Virus record (IMG/VR): IMGVR_UViG_3300033121_002344
Span: 3,888-67,887 of that record
DNA from: a virus
Lineage: Duplodnaviria > Caudoviricetes
Strand: one strand, 5' to 3'
Length of the DNA: 64,000 bases
The notes beneath the pieces were generated by a model. The model did no database searches and was not told the DNA's origin. It saw only the letters and a list, made by a program, of their open reading frames with translations. The stretch's first letter is position 1. Each line of letters starts with the position of its first letter. A program made the translations under genes and the position numbers. Shown here piece by piece: positions 27,457 through 36,282 of the stretch.

Positions 27457-27842
27457 GAGGGCCGCCCGCGCCGGTCGGTCAGGATGATCACCGGGGTGTC
27501 GGACCACTCTGGCTCCGGGGCCGGCGGGACGTCGGACCGGAAGGCCGCGAGGATCATCCCGCAGATCTGCTCGCTGATCTCGGCCATCCAATGCCGCTGC
27601 TCGTCGGTCCCGCGCCCGAGCCGTTCGTCGAGGTAGCGGCTCAGGGCCCGCACGGCACCCGCCTGGGCGGTCATCCGCGCAGGGGTGGCCTCGGGCTCCG
27701 CCTGATGGACCGCGAGGCCTCGGGCCATCATCGCGTGGAGGAGCGAGGTGACGTCCTTCAGGGTGGCGTCGGTCTCTTCGGCGAGGTGGCGACTCACGAA
27801 GGCTTCGAGCTCGGCTGGGGTGAGGGTGCTGAGATCAGGCAT
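27453..27842 (-). CDS. Hypothetical protein
   Basis: 129 aa; GATGAT box 6 nt before ATG. Confidence 0.6.
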   Translation of the reverse strand: MPDLSTLTPAELEAFVSRHLAEETDATLKDVTSLLHAMMARGLAVHQAEPEATPARMTAQAGAVRALSRYLDERLGRGTDEQRHWMAEISEQICGMILAAFRSDVPPAPEPEWSDTPVIILTDRRGRPS

Positions 27843-27849
27843 GAGCCGA

Positions 27850-28086
27850 TCATCGCTCCAGGAGCTTGCGCGCCGCCGGCACCACGACCTCGTGGCGACC
27901 GACGCTCTTGTAGACCATCCAGTGGTCGTCGCGCGCCCGCAGGGAGACCGCGCCCTCGGCGAAGACGAGATCGATTGTCCGCGGGACACCCGCCCGCAGC
28001 ACCACCTCCGCCGTGAGCCCGAGCTCCACGAGCCGCCTCAGCAGGTGATCGAGAAGCTCCTCCGGCGAGAGGATCGGGGCCGTCAC
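27850..28086 (-). CDS. Hypothetical protein
   Basis: 78 aa; 4-nt overlap. Confidence 0.55.
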   Translation of the reverse strand: MTAPILSPEELLDHLLRRLVELGLTAEVVLRAGVPRTIDLVFAEGAVSLRARDDHWMVYKSVGRHEVVVPAARKLLER

Positions 28087-28274
28087 AGGGCCTCCTTCGA
28101 CTTCGCCCGCATCCGCTCCGTGATCACCTGGACCAGCATCAGGTCCGCCTCGGTCAGCTTCCGGAACGCCACCCAGGCCCGCTGGTACTCCTCGGTGCTG
28201 AGGGTCTCGTCGGCGCAGAGCCCCTCCAGGGTGGTGTCGACGAGCTCGTCCTTCTGTCCGCGGTCCATCGGCAT
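28083..28274 (-). CDS. Hypothetical protein
   Basis: 63 aa; GGGAGG SD. Confidence 0.6.
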   Translation of the reverse strand: MPMDRGQKDELVDTTLEGLCADETLSTEEYQRAWVAFRKLTEADLMLVQVITERMRAKSKEAL

Positions 28275-28288
28275 CGGTGCCTCCCTAT

Positions 28289-28300
28289 CAACCCGGGTTG
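28289..28300. repeat. Dispersed palindrome copy 5 (TAT-core-CTT)
   Basis: Exact core, intergenic, next to an SD. Confidence 0.95.
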
Positions 28301-28351
28301 CTTCGTCCAGTCGCGCGAGCCCCGGGGAGCCCGCGCGACCAGGAGCCCCGC

Positions 28352-28675
28352 TCAGCGGCAGACGATCTCGACCGCGCGCCCGAGGTCGAAGACCCCGTGG
28401 GTGAGGGCCGTGTTGTCCCGCCAGATGATCTGGAGCTTGTCGCCCTCCAGGTCGATCACCCCATCGCGGAGGAGCTTCGCCGCGCCCTTCGAGGCCGGCA
28501 CCACCGCGAGGCTGCCGGGGTTGAGGTTCCAGACCCGAGCCTCCGCCCGGGCCTCCTCCTCGGTCTGCCCGTGGCCCCAGGCCACCAGCCGGGAGCCGTT
28601 GGATCCGATCGCCACCTGGAGCCGCTCATCGGCTCGGGCGCGCTTCGCGTGGGTGTGGGTGCGGGTTGCGGTCAT
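28352..28675 (-). CDS. Hypothetical protein
   Basis: AAGGAGG SD; MTATRTHTHAK..., 107 aa. Confidence 0.65.
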   Translation of the reverse strand: MTATRTHTHAKRARADERLQVAIGSNGSRLVAWGHGQTEEEARAEARVWNLNPGSLAVVPASKGAAKLLRDGVIDLEGDKLQIIWRDNTALTHGVFDLGRAVEIVCR

Positions 28676-28701
28676 GGGGTCCTCCTTCGTGAGCGCCCGG
28701 G

Positions 28702-29026
28702 CTACCGGGTCAGGTTGGCGAAGATCTGGTCGATGAAGCCTGCGAGCGTGATCGCCTCGGCCCGGGTGCCTCGGGCCGTCTCGATGGTGACCACGTTGTT
28801 GGTCGACGCTCGGCATACAGAGCTTCCCGTTCGGGAGGCCCGCGGCCTTGTAGGCCCGCAGGTAGAGGCTCACCAGCATGTGGCTGGCCGCCGTCGAGAG
28901 GATCTCGTCCGAGCCGTCGAAGGTGACCCGCACGTAGGCGTTCCCGAACTCCGAGGTCCGAACCTCGACCTTGTGCGAGGGCTCGGGGGAGGGAGCGGGC
29001 TTCCGGGTGGCGATCGCGTTCTTCAT
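28702..29026 (-). pseudogene. Small gene with an apparent 1-nt insertion near 28801
   Basis: 325 nt from ATG to TAG; coding-like codon use switches frame at GTC-GAC-C-AAC-AAC. Confidence 0.5.
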
Positions 29027-29032
29027 GCCCGT

Positions 29033-29062
29033 ACAATTAAAGCGATTTGCGCGCGAACGCAA
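29033..29062 (-). promoter_or_regulatory. Host-type promoter (TTGCGT-16-TTAATTGT)
   Basis: 6 nt to ATG 29026. Confidence 0.65.
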
Positions 29063-29098
29063 GTCCCGCTTGCGCGAATTGTACGAGGCGCGCCCGGG

Positions 29099-29917
29099 CT
29101 ACCCGTCCGACCGCACCGACCTTCGCCGCGCCCGGGGAGCCGGCTGGGAGGGCGCGGGTTGGGCTGGAGCCGGGGGAGGCTGGGGACCTTCGATCTCCGC
29201 CCAGGAGCGCCCACAGGGCCCGCAGGGGACCTTCAGGAGCAGGCCGTGGGGGCAGACGTCGGTCCGGGGCCGCTTGTGGGTCCAGCGGTACCCGCAGGAG
29301 CACTCGAAGGTGGTGACGAGGTGGAACATGTCCAGGCTGCCGTCGGGCAGCCGCTCGCTCATCACCGAGCAGACCATCGGCTGGCCCGGGGCCGGCTGGG
29401 CCTCGCAGACCGGGCAGACGCGCGGGTCGACCGGGCGCGCCGCGGGCTTGGCGAGGCGCGCTTCGAGGCGGTCATGCTCGAAGGCCGAGTCCTGCTCCAG
29501 GATCGTCCGGGCCGCTTCGGCGCGCTCCTCGTCCTCCGTTGGAGGTGCCGCATCGGCGAGGGCCTCGCGCTCCAACGAGACATTCTCCGCGATCCACCGC
29601 TGGGCGATCCGAGCCGCCTCCACGTACTCGCGCGAGGGCGAGAGCGTCTCCTCCTGACCGGGCCGGTAGGTCGACCAGATCTTGTCGCGGATCGACCTCG
29701 GGAGCCGGTACCAGTGGTCCCGACAGCCCCACCGCGCCGGAGGCACCTGCCGAGGGCAGCCCGGCCAGTGGCACCTGTGGTCGCGCTCCTGCTTCGCCGC
29801 CCGGACATGCTCGACCTTCTCGGCGAGCGGGATCTGCGCGGTCGGGGTCGCCTCCGTGGGGAAGTTGGCCCGCGCAGGCTTCGGGGCTCCGAAGAGGTCC
29901 AGCTGATCGTCACCCAT
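29099..29917 (-). CDS. Phage protein with two Cys/His clusters
   Basis: HRCHWPGC...VPP..WGCRDHWYRLP...YRPGQ, then CPVC and CSCG. Confidence 0.65.
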   Translation of the reverse strand: MGDDQLDLFGAPKPARANFPTEATPTAQIPLAEKVEHVRAAKQERDHRCHWPGCPRQVPPARWGCRDHWYRLPRSIRDKIWSTYRPGQEETLSPSREYVEAARIAQRWIAENVSLEREALADAAPPTEDEERAEAARTILEQDSAFEHDRLEARLAKPAARPVDPRVCPVCEAQPAPGQPMVCSVMSERLPDGSLDMFHLVTTFECSCGYRWTHKRPRTDVCPHGLLLKVPCGPCGRSWAEIEGPQPPPAPAQPAPSQPAPRARRRSVRSDG

Positions 29918-30085
29918 CGTCCTGATCATCGCGCCGGTCGGTCGAAGACGCCGGGCCCACGTCGCTCACCACCGCGGCGAAGTGGGCCTCGGGTCGAGCG
30001 GGGCGGAGGGTGCAGGACCAGCGACCAAAGGACGGCGCGGAACCACTGCTGAAGGAATCGGTCGCGCTCGCTCACCAACAGAGCT

Positions 30086-31021
30086 TCACCACTCCGGCTT
30101 CTTCCCCGCGAGGATGTTCGACGTGTTCCGCTGCCGACGGGCCTGTTCGGCCTGCGAGGCCTTCCGAGCCTTGTCGGCCTGGTGGTCCGCGAAGGAGTGG
30201 TACTTCTTTCCGGGCCCGTAGCCCATCCTGCTCTGCAGGGCCTTGTCGGCCTTGTCCTTGGCGGCGAGGTGCGCCCGCACCGCCTCCCGGTTGACCGAGT
30301 CGGCCTTCGGTTTGGCTTCGGCCTTCGACCCCTTGGCCGCCGCTTCCTTCAGCGCCGGCACCTCGTCCTTGGAGTCCGCGTGGACGCGCGACTTGTCATC
30401 GACCCAGACCCGATGACCCTTCTCGGTCTCGAAGGCGCGGACCGGGGTGCCATCGTGGTTCGAAGTACCCGTCTGCGACGACGAGAAGTAGGTCTGCCCA
30501 CCGAACTTCATCGAGAGCGCGTCGCGCCCCTTACCATGGGTCTCGCCCTCGGCCTTCCCGACCACGAGCGGATGTTCCTCCGTACCCTTTCGGTCTCTCG
30601 CGACCGCCCGATCACGCACCTCCTCTTCACGCGCCAAGTGATCCATGACCTTGTTCCCGTGCGCCCGCACCTCGCCTTCGTGATGCGCCGCGAGGAGCTT
30701 GCCCTCGATCGAACCACCGAGAGCGTGCGCCGCGGTTGCCGCCGCGTGATGCGCGTTGACGGCAGCCTCATGCGCCTCACGAGTCCCCAGCTTCTTGGCG
30801 TTGGCGGAGGCTGCGTTGGCCGCCTGATGCAGATCCGCAAACGAAGGGTCCTTCTTCTTGCTCTTCTCGGCGCCCTTCGCCGAGCCCTTCGGGGCGGAGC
30901 TTCCGTCGTCCTTCTTGCCCTCGGCCCACCGGACCCACTTCCCCTCCGCGACCTTCTTGAAGGTCCCGCCGGAGCGCTCCCGGGTCTCGCCGATCTCTGC
31001 TCTGCCCTTGCCGTCCGTCAT
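30086..31021 (-). CDS. Basic, His/Ala-rich protein; possible internal head protein
   Basis: GETRERSGGTFKKVAEGKWV N-terminus; HEAAVNAHHAAATAAHA segment; SD present. Confidence 0.6.
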   Translation of the reverse strand: MTDGKGRAEIGETRERSGGTFKKVAEGKWVRWAEGKKDDGSSAPKGSAKGAEKSKKKDPSFADLHQAANAASANAKKLGTREAHEAAVNAHHAAATAAHALGGSIEGKLLAAHHEGEVRAHGNKVMDHLAREEEVRDRAVARDRKGTEEHPLVVGKAEGETHGKGRDALSMKFGGQTYFSSSQTGTSNHDGTPVRAFETEKGHRVWVDDKSRVHADSKDEVPALKEAAAKGSKAEAKPKADSVNREAVRAHLAAKDKADKALQSRMGYGPGKKYHSFADHQADKARKASQAEQARRQRNTSNILAGKKPEW

Positions 31022-31068
31022 GGATCCCTTCCTCGCACGTCCGAGCCCGGAGGCTCAAGGGACGGCTA

Positions 31069-31674
31069 TCAACCCGGGTTGTTTGCGCTCGCCAGCATCC
31101 CCTCGATCTCCGCCAGCCGCGCGAGGAGCTTCGCCTTCTCGGCGAGGAGCGCTTCGCGCCCAGCCTCCCCGACCTGGCGGAGCCGGCGGATCTCGGCCAG
31201 CCAGTCGGTGACCCGCACCGACCGGAGGACCACCGACCCGACCTCCAGCGACTCCGACCAACGCTCGACCTCGATCGGCTCGTCCTGGTTCTTCGCCAGC
31301 TGCTCGGTGAGCGTTCGATCGAGCGCCGCGATCCGCAGCTGCCGACCGATCTCGCTCGCGTCATCGCCGTCCTCGATCCGCCGCGCAACACCCATCGCTT
31401 CATCGCGGTCGAGCCGCGTGACCCGCAGCCCCTTCGCGTCCCGCCACACCAGCGGGAAGAGGTCCTTCTTGTTCCCCTTCCGGTCGACGTCCCGCTCCGC
31501 GTAGAGCCCCGGCTCGTCCACGAGCTCCTCGGTCATCTCGCCCCGCTTCCCGGAGCGTCGCCCGATGAAGGAGAGCGCGAGCCCCCACTTCGGGTCACGG
31601 CCCGTCACGCGAGCCACGTACTGTCCGGTGTGCCCGTAGGCTGCCTCCGCGTAGAGACGAATCGTGTTGCTCAT
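31069..31674 (-). CDS. Hypothetical protein
   Basis: 201 aa; ends NNPG* inside the palindrome. Confidence 0.65.
   Translation of the reverse strand: MSNTIRLYAEAAYGHTGQYVARVTGRDPKWGLALSFIGRRSGKRGEMTEELVDEPGLYAERDVDRKGNKKDLFPLVWRDAKGLRVTRLDRDEAMGVARRIEDGDDASEIGRQLRIAALDRTLTEQLAKNQDEPIEVERWSESLEVGSVVLRSVRVTDWLAEIRRLRQVGEAGREALLAEKAKLLARLAEIEGMLASANNPG
31070..31081. repeat. Dispersed palindrome copy 6 (TAT-core-TTT)
   Basis: Exact core; supplies the TGA stop of 31069-31674. Confidence 0.95.
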
Positions 31675-31699
31675 CTGATCCTTCTTTCCGGTCGCCGGC

Positions 31700-31981
31700 T
31701 CAGCCGACGAACCCGAGCTTCGTCGCGATCTCAAAGTAGCGATCCGAGTCCGTGAGGTCGGTCGACCAGTCGTCGCCCAGCCGGCGCTTCGTCTCCCGGT
31801 AGGCGTCCGTCCGCTTGCCCCGCGCCGTCGGGAGGTGGTTCAGGCGCTCGACCGTGTGCGGGTAGGGGTAGCGGGCCTCGCGGACCTCGTGCTGGAAGAT
31901 CCCCTCGATCCCGTCGAGGGTGGCGCGCTTCCCGTGCAGGAAGGCGAAGACCTGGTTCGTGGTGCTCTCGGCGCTCTTCAT
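31700..31981 (-). CDS. Hypothetical protein
   Basis: 93 aa; ATG directly after a promoter. Confidence 0.6.
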   Translation of the reverse strand: MKSAESTTNQVFAFLHGKRATLDGIEGIFQHEVREARYPYPHTVERLNHLPTARGKRTDAYRETKRRLGDDWSTDLTDSDRYFEIATKLGFVG

Positions 31982-31987
31982 GCCCGT

Positions 31988-32017
31988 ACGATTAACGCAC
32001 GGAGCGCGCGAACGCAA
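31988..32017 (-). promoter_or_regulatory. Host-type promoter (TTGCGT-16-TTAATCGT)
   Basis: 6 nt to ATG 31981. Confidence 0.65.
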
Positions 32018-32042
32018 GTCGCCTCTTCGACTATTCGGCCCT

Positions 32043-32531
32043 TCAGTAGAGGCCGCCGGGGACCCAACCCCCAGGCCCATCGTCCTCTGGGGTGGTCACG
32101 TTCCCGGCATCGAGCCAGGCCTCCAGGTAGCGATGGAGCTCCTGCACCTGGGCCCGGTCGAGAGCCGTGCGGGAGCGGTCGAGCCCGACCGCGAAGACAA
32201 GGTACTGCTGCGGACCCAACGGCTCGGGTGGTGGGCTGCGCAGGGTGTCGACGAGAGTGGGGCCCGCCGCCGATGGAGCAGGGACCGGGGGAGCGCTGGC
32301 GCGCGCCTTCCGGACCCGCAACACCTGGGCGTCGAACCGGTCGCCGCTGTGGAGCTCAAGCTCCCAAGGGAGCGGCTCCCGGGCGAGGTCGTTCACGGGC
32401 TCGTCGAAGAGCATCAGGTTTTGGAGGGCGAGCAGCCCTTCGCGGAGCGGCTCGGGGACGGTGAAGCCGCGGATGAGCCCGAAGAGCAGCTGACGGATGG
32501 GGCGCTCGATCTCGAGCCACGAGCGGGTCAT
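32043..32531 (-). CDS. Hypothetical protein
   Basis: ATGA overlap; 162 aa. Confidence 0.55.
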   Translation of the reverse strand: MTRSWLEIERPIRQLLFGLIRGFTVPEPLREGLLALQNLMLFDEPVNDLAREPLPWELELHSGDRFDAQVLRVRKARASAPPVPAPSAAGPTLVDTLRSPPPEPLGPQQYLVFAVGLDRSRTALDRAQVQELHRYLEAWLDAGNVTTPEDDGPGGWVPGGLY

Positions 32532-32875
32532 TCGACCACCACCCTTCGGACCCGGCGAGCGCGAGGGGCCTCGACCGCGGGTTGGGCCTCCGTGGGCTCC
32601 ACAACGGCTTCGGCCGCCGGGAGGACCGGGAGCCCCCTCCGGGCCAGGAAGGCCGGCGGAGGGGCCTTGGTGGCGCCCTTGTCGCGCTTCGGCCGGGAAC
32701 CAAGCCGGAAGGGGTGGAGCGGACACTCGGTGGTGTCACAGCTGCGGACCTCGCTGCCCTGGCCGCCCATGCACTCCAGGCAGAAGAGCCGGATCGCCGG
32801 GAGGGGCTTGGTCTGGGCCCGGAGGGCCATCTTGGGCAGCTTGGCGCGGATGGAGGCGATCAGTCGGTGGAACAT
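32528..32875 (-). CDS. Small Zn-binding phage protein
   Basis: AIRLFCLECMGG..EVRSC....CPLHPFRLG. Confidence 0.65.
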   Translation of the reverse strand: MFHRLIASIRAKLPKMALRAQTKPLPAIRLFCLECMGGQGSEVRSCDTTECPLHPFRLGSRPKRDKGATKAPPPAFLARRGLPVLPAAEAVVEPTEAQPAVEAPRARRVRRVVVE

Positions 32876-32905
32876 GGGTCGATCATCACCTGATCGACCC
32901 GCGGC

Positions 32906-34045
32906 CTAGAAGGGGACGCTCGCGTCCGCGACGGGCTCCGGCATCCCGTCGTGTTCGACCTGGCCGATCCCCTCCTCGACGATGCGGGCGAGGTCGCCGA
33001 TCAGCGGCAGGCCGTGCGTCTCCTCCGAGCGCCGCAGGTAGCGGACGATCGCCGCCCGCTCCTGGCCGGCCCGCTGCTTCTCCTCCTCCACGAGGCTGCG
33101 TTGGTGGTCGCGCTCCTGTTCGAGCTCGGAGATCCGAGTCGAGTCCTCCATCCGCTCGGCCGCGAGCGCCTGGACGTTGCCCTGGAGCTCCGCGTAGCGC
33201 TCCTGCAGCCGCATGAAGGCGCGGTCCTTCGCGTTCTCCAGGTCCTGCATGAGATCGCCCGTCGTGCGGCGCCTGATCGACACCCGGTCGGCGTACGCAC
33301 CGGTCTCGATCAGGTGAGCCAGGCGTCGGATCGGCTGGGGGTGCTCGGTCGGCATCGGGCCGGTGGACTCGACCAGGAAGCGCGCGATCCGCAGCCGCTC
33401 CTCCCGGATCTCGAAGTGGCAGGCCGCGGGAGGCTTCGCCCCTTCGCGCTCGACCGGAGGGTGCTGCGCGACCGCATCGACCAGGTTGCCGTTGCGCGTG
33501 AAGCTCATGCTCGCGCCCACGTCGCGTGGCCAGGACGGCTCGGGCACGCTCACCACCACCCTCGGCTTCAGGACCTCGGAGAGCCCCGCATCGGCGAGGA
33601 CCCCGAGGTCGGGATCCGTCGGAGCGTCGTCGATCGACAGCCAGGTGATCGACCGCAGCTGATGCCCGAGCAGTTCGAGCTCGCCCTTCCGCGGGCCTCC
33701 GTCGTGGAGGTACTCCTCGTAGCCTCGGGCCGCCTGGCGCACCACACCGCGCAGAGCTCCGCGCTCCGCCAACGCCTGGCGGAGCATCGCGAGCGGACTG
33801 CCCTCGTCGAGCTCGGCTCCGAAGAGCTCCATGGTCAGCAGCTTCAGGTGTTCGAGGTGCGGCTGGAAGAACCGCAGGAGCGACCGGCCGATCTGCTCGG
33901 CGCTCGTGCTCTCGAAGACGCCGGTCGGGATGGTCGACCAGCACATGGAGGCCTGGCCGATCGCCGTGAAGACCTCGTGCTTGACGCTGTCGGGTTCGGG
34001 GTGGGTGGGGAAGATGGGGTCCGGTGGAAGGGGGCTGGTTGCCAT
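32906..34045 (-). CDS. Hypothetical multi-segment protein with coiled coil
   Basis: 379 aa; N-terminal AIGQASMCW...GVFES. Confidence 0.65.
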   Translation of the reverse strand: MATSPLPPDPIFPTHPEPDSVKHEVFTAIGQASMCWSTIPTGVFESTSAEQIGRSLLRFFQPHLEHLKLLTMELFGAELDEGSPLAMLRQALAERGALRGVVRQAARGYEEYLHDGGPRKGELELLGHQLRSITWLSIDDAPTDPDLGVLADAGLSEVLKPRVVVSVPEPSWPRDVGASMSFTRNGNLVDAVAQHPPVEREGAKPPAACHFEIREERLRIARFLVESTGPMPTEHPQPIRRLAHLIETGAYADRVSIRRRTTGDLMQDLENAKDRAFMRLQERYAELQGNVQALAAERMEDSTRISELEQERDHQRSLVEEEKQRAGQERAAIVRYLRRSEETHGLPLIGDLARIVEEGIGQVEHDGMPEPVADASVPF

Positions 34046-34066
34046 GCCCCGATCATCACGCCTCGC

Positions 34067-34372
34067 TCAGGAGTGCCGAAGGGCGCGCGTGAGCTCGATC
34101 TCGATGTTCTGCCACACCTGCTGGCGCTCGGCGGCGAGGGCCGTCCAGCGCTCCGGGATCTTCTTCTTCCGCCCGTTCGCCTCCTCGACGGTCCGGAAGG
34201 TCACGTAGCCGGGGAGGGCGCGCCGGAGCCGCAGGTCGTGGGGCTCCGGGAGGATCTTCCGGTTCGTCATGCAGTCGATCCCGGGACTCGAGCCGCACCG
34301 TGGGCAGGTGACGGTGAGGGCCCTCGCGAAGAGGTTGAGGGCGACAGGTTCGATCGGTTCGGTGGTCGTCAT
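34067..34372 (-). CDS. Zn-finger-like hypothetical protein
   Basis: VTCPRCGSSPGIDC...PHDLR; start could be 34480. Confidence 0.55.
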   Translation of the reverse strand: MTTTEPIEPVALNLFARALTVTCPRCGSSPGIDCMTNRKILPEPHDLRLRRALPGYVTFRTVEEANGRKKKIPERWTALAAERQQVWQNIEIELTRALRHS

Positions 34373-34476
34373 GGGTCGATCTTCACGCCTTCGAAGGAGG
34401 CCGAGCGGCTCGGGCCCGAGGAAGATGCTCCGCATCGCCAGGTGCTCCCGGAAGGCGTCCTCGTGCTCTTCCCAGG

Positions 34477-34794
34477 TCATCGGCCCACCCGCCCCCGTAG
34501 GCAGCCCAGGCCCGCCTCTGTGAAGCTCAGCCGCCCGTGGTCGTCGACGGTCGCGAAGCCGAGCTCGATCAGACTGTCGAAGTCGGGCCGGTAGAAGGGG
34601 TTGTGGAGCCAGCGGTAGACCTTCGAGAAGGCGATGCAGGCGAGCCGGATCTCCCGCGCGTCGACCGGTACGAAGGCGTCGTGCCAGGCTCGGCACGTCA
34701 CGACGAGGATCGCCGCCGCCACCTCCCGTTCGACTCGGCCGAAGGTGTCGGGGAGCGGGAAGTCGGCGCGGATGAGGACGTCGGAGGGCCGCAT
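34477..34794 (-). CDS. Hypothetical protein
   Basis: 105 aa; overlaps the upstream stop. Confidence 0.55.
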   Translation of the reverse strand: MRPSDVLIRADFPLPDTFGRVEREVAAAILVVTCRAWHDAFVPVDAREIRLACIAFSKVYRWLHNPFYRPDFDSLIELGFATVDDHGRLSFTEAGLGCLRGRVGR

Positions 34795-35249
34795 CACGCC
34801 ACCTCGCCGATCAGCCGAAGCATCTCGCCCACCATCCGCTTCGCAAGCCCGCGTTCGTCGAGCCGGCCTTGGAGCTCGGCCCGCCAGAGGTCTTCGAGCC
34901 GGGGCCACCTCGACCGCAGGCACCACTGGTCCTGGGCCACTTCCTCGTTCGGGAGGTGGAAGGCCGACTCGCGGATCAGCAGGAGCTCCAACGGGGTCAG
35001 GCTTCGCCAGTGGACGTCGGTGGGGTTCGGGCTGTCCTCGGGGTCGGCGGTCGAGGCCTCGAAGTCCACCACCCAGAGCCCGGCTGCGTTCGGGGGCTCG
35101 CCGAAACCGAGGACCTGGAGGTCGAGCGCGTGCCTGGTGGTCGCCAGGTCGAAGAGGACCGTCCGGCCGAACGCGAAGAGGACGATCGCGTAGTCCGGGG
35201 TGTCGCGGTTCCAGGAAGGCGAGAGCGCGACCAACACCCGCTCACGCAT
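34794..35249 (-). CDS. Hypothetical protein
   Basis: 151 aa. Confidence 0.55.
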   Translation of the reverse strand: MRERVLVALSPSWNRDTPDYAIVLFAFGRTVLFDLATTRHALDLQVLGFGEPPNAAGLWVVDFEASTADPEDSPNPTDVHWRSLTPLELLLIRESAFHLPNEEVAQDQWCLRSRWPRLEDLWRAELQGRLDERGLAKRMVGEMLRLIGEVA

Positions 35250-35562
35250 AGTCCCGCCCTTCGGCGCAGTAGGGGCAGCGCTCGCATTCGGCGCAGAGGT
35301 GGCCGGCCTCGTAGCGATCGCCGCACCCCTCGCAGTCGACCGAGCGCCCGACCTCCCGCAGGTAGAGGGCCGCGAGGGCGATCGCGAAGATGAGCACCCA
35401 GGCCGCCCAGACCTCGAAGCCGCCGACAGGCAGCGGTCGGGCGCGCCACATCAGGAGCGCCCGGTGCCCTATGTCGCCCAGGAAGCCGTCGAGCAGCAGG
35501 CCGAACACGAGGCCGCGCCGCCAGGCCTTCGAGACCCGCTCCGGTTCGAGCCCGAGCCTCAC
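35242..35562 (-). CDS. Small membrane protein with a C-terminal Cys cluster
   Basis: Hydrophobic WAAWVLIFAIALAALYL; CEGC...CAECERCPYC. Confidence 0.5.
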   Translation of the reverse strand: MRLGLEPERVSKAWRRGLVFGLLLDGFLGDIGHRALLMWRARPLPVGGFEVWAAWVLIFAIALAALYLREVGRSVDCEGCGDRYEAGHLCAECERCPYCAEGRDYA

Positions 35563-35759
35563 GACCCACCCCCGACCAGCCCCGCCTGTATCGCCTTCTC
35601 CACCACCGGGTCGCCCTTGGAGTCGACGATCCGCACGTCGCTGACGCCCTCGTAGCCGCCGATATCGGCCGCCTCGGTGTTCGCTTGCTCGCGCGTCTTG
35701 AAGGGGCCGGCCGTCCGTCGACCGAAGCCCTGAACCTGGTAGGCCACGTAGAACCACAT
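35559..35759 (-). CDS. Hypothetical protein
   Basis: 66 aa; GATGAT box. Confidence 0.6.
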   Translation of the reverse strand: MWFYVAYQVQGFGRRTAGPFKTREQANTEAADIGGYEGVSDVRIVDSKGDPVVEKAIQAGLVGGGS

Positions 35760-35766
35760 GCACCGA

Positions 35767-36282
35767 TCATCGCCCGTGGGCGACCGTCGTGCGCCCGCTC
35801 CTGCGCGTGCCGTCGAGGACCGTCAGCACCCGCCCCTGCACCCCGAAGCGGTCCTTGATCTCGCCCTTCGCGATGCCGGTGAGGATCGCGAGGCCCGCCG
35901 GCAGAAGCGAGTAGGTCCCTCGACCGCTTCGGGCCGCCCACTTCTTCCGGGTGAGCCGAACCAGCATCGCCCGCGCCGTCGGGATGCTGCAGCGGAGCTC
36001 CACCCGAATGTCGTAGGAGCGAACGTTCGGTCTCTCCAGCAGCACCACCAGCGCCCGCACCGAGGGGACGGTGAGCCGGAGCCGGCGCATCGCGCAGTAG
36101 CGGCAGAGCTTCCCGACCCCTCGCCGCATCGCCCGACCGCGGACCGCGATCCGCCGGCCGCAGCGGCAGACGGTCCACCAGTAGGCGGAGCGTGAGGTCC
36201 CACGGCTCGGGGCCCGCTCCTGGACCTGGCGACCGCCGATCGTCCGCCCCTCCATGGGGACGGCCTTCGAGAAGCGCCCCAT
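35767..36282 (-). CDS. Putative DNA-binding protein (Cys motif plus winged-HTH-like segment)
   Basis: YWWTVCRCG...KLCRYC; SYDIRVELRCSIPTARAMLVRL. Confidence 0.5.
   Translation of the reverse strand: MGRFSKAVPMEGRTIGGRQVQERAPSRGTSRSAYWWTVCRCGRRIAVRGRAMRRGVGKLCRYCAMRRLRLTVPSVRALVVLLERPNVRSYDIRVELRCSIPTARAMLVRLTRKKWAARSGRGTYSLLPAGLAILTGIAKGEIKDRFGVQGRVLTVLDGTRRSGRTTVAHGR

Noticed and set aside
28352-29062. 236-aa ORF from the track
   Set aside because: An artefactual fusion: a frameshifted gene (28702-29026) plus a separate SD-led gene (28352-28675).
29926-30075. 49-aa ORF MSERDRFLQQWFRAVLW... filling the gap
   Set aside because: It fits the gap, but codon use is poor in the second half and there is no motif, so it is not supported well enough to call.
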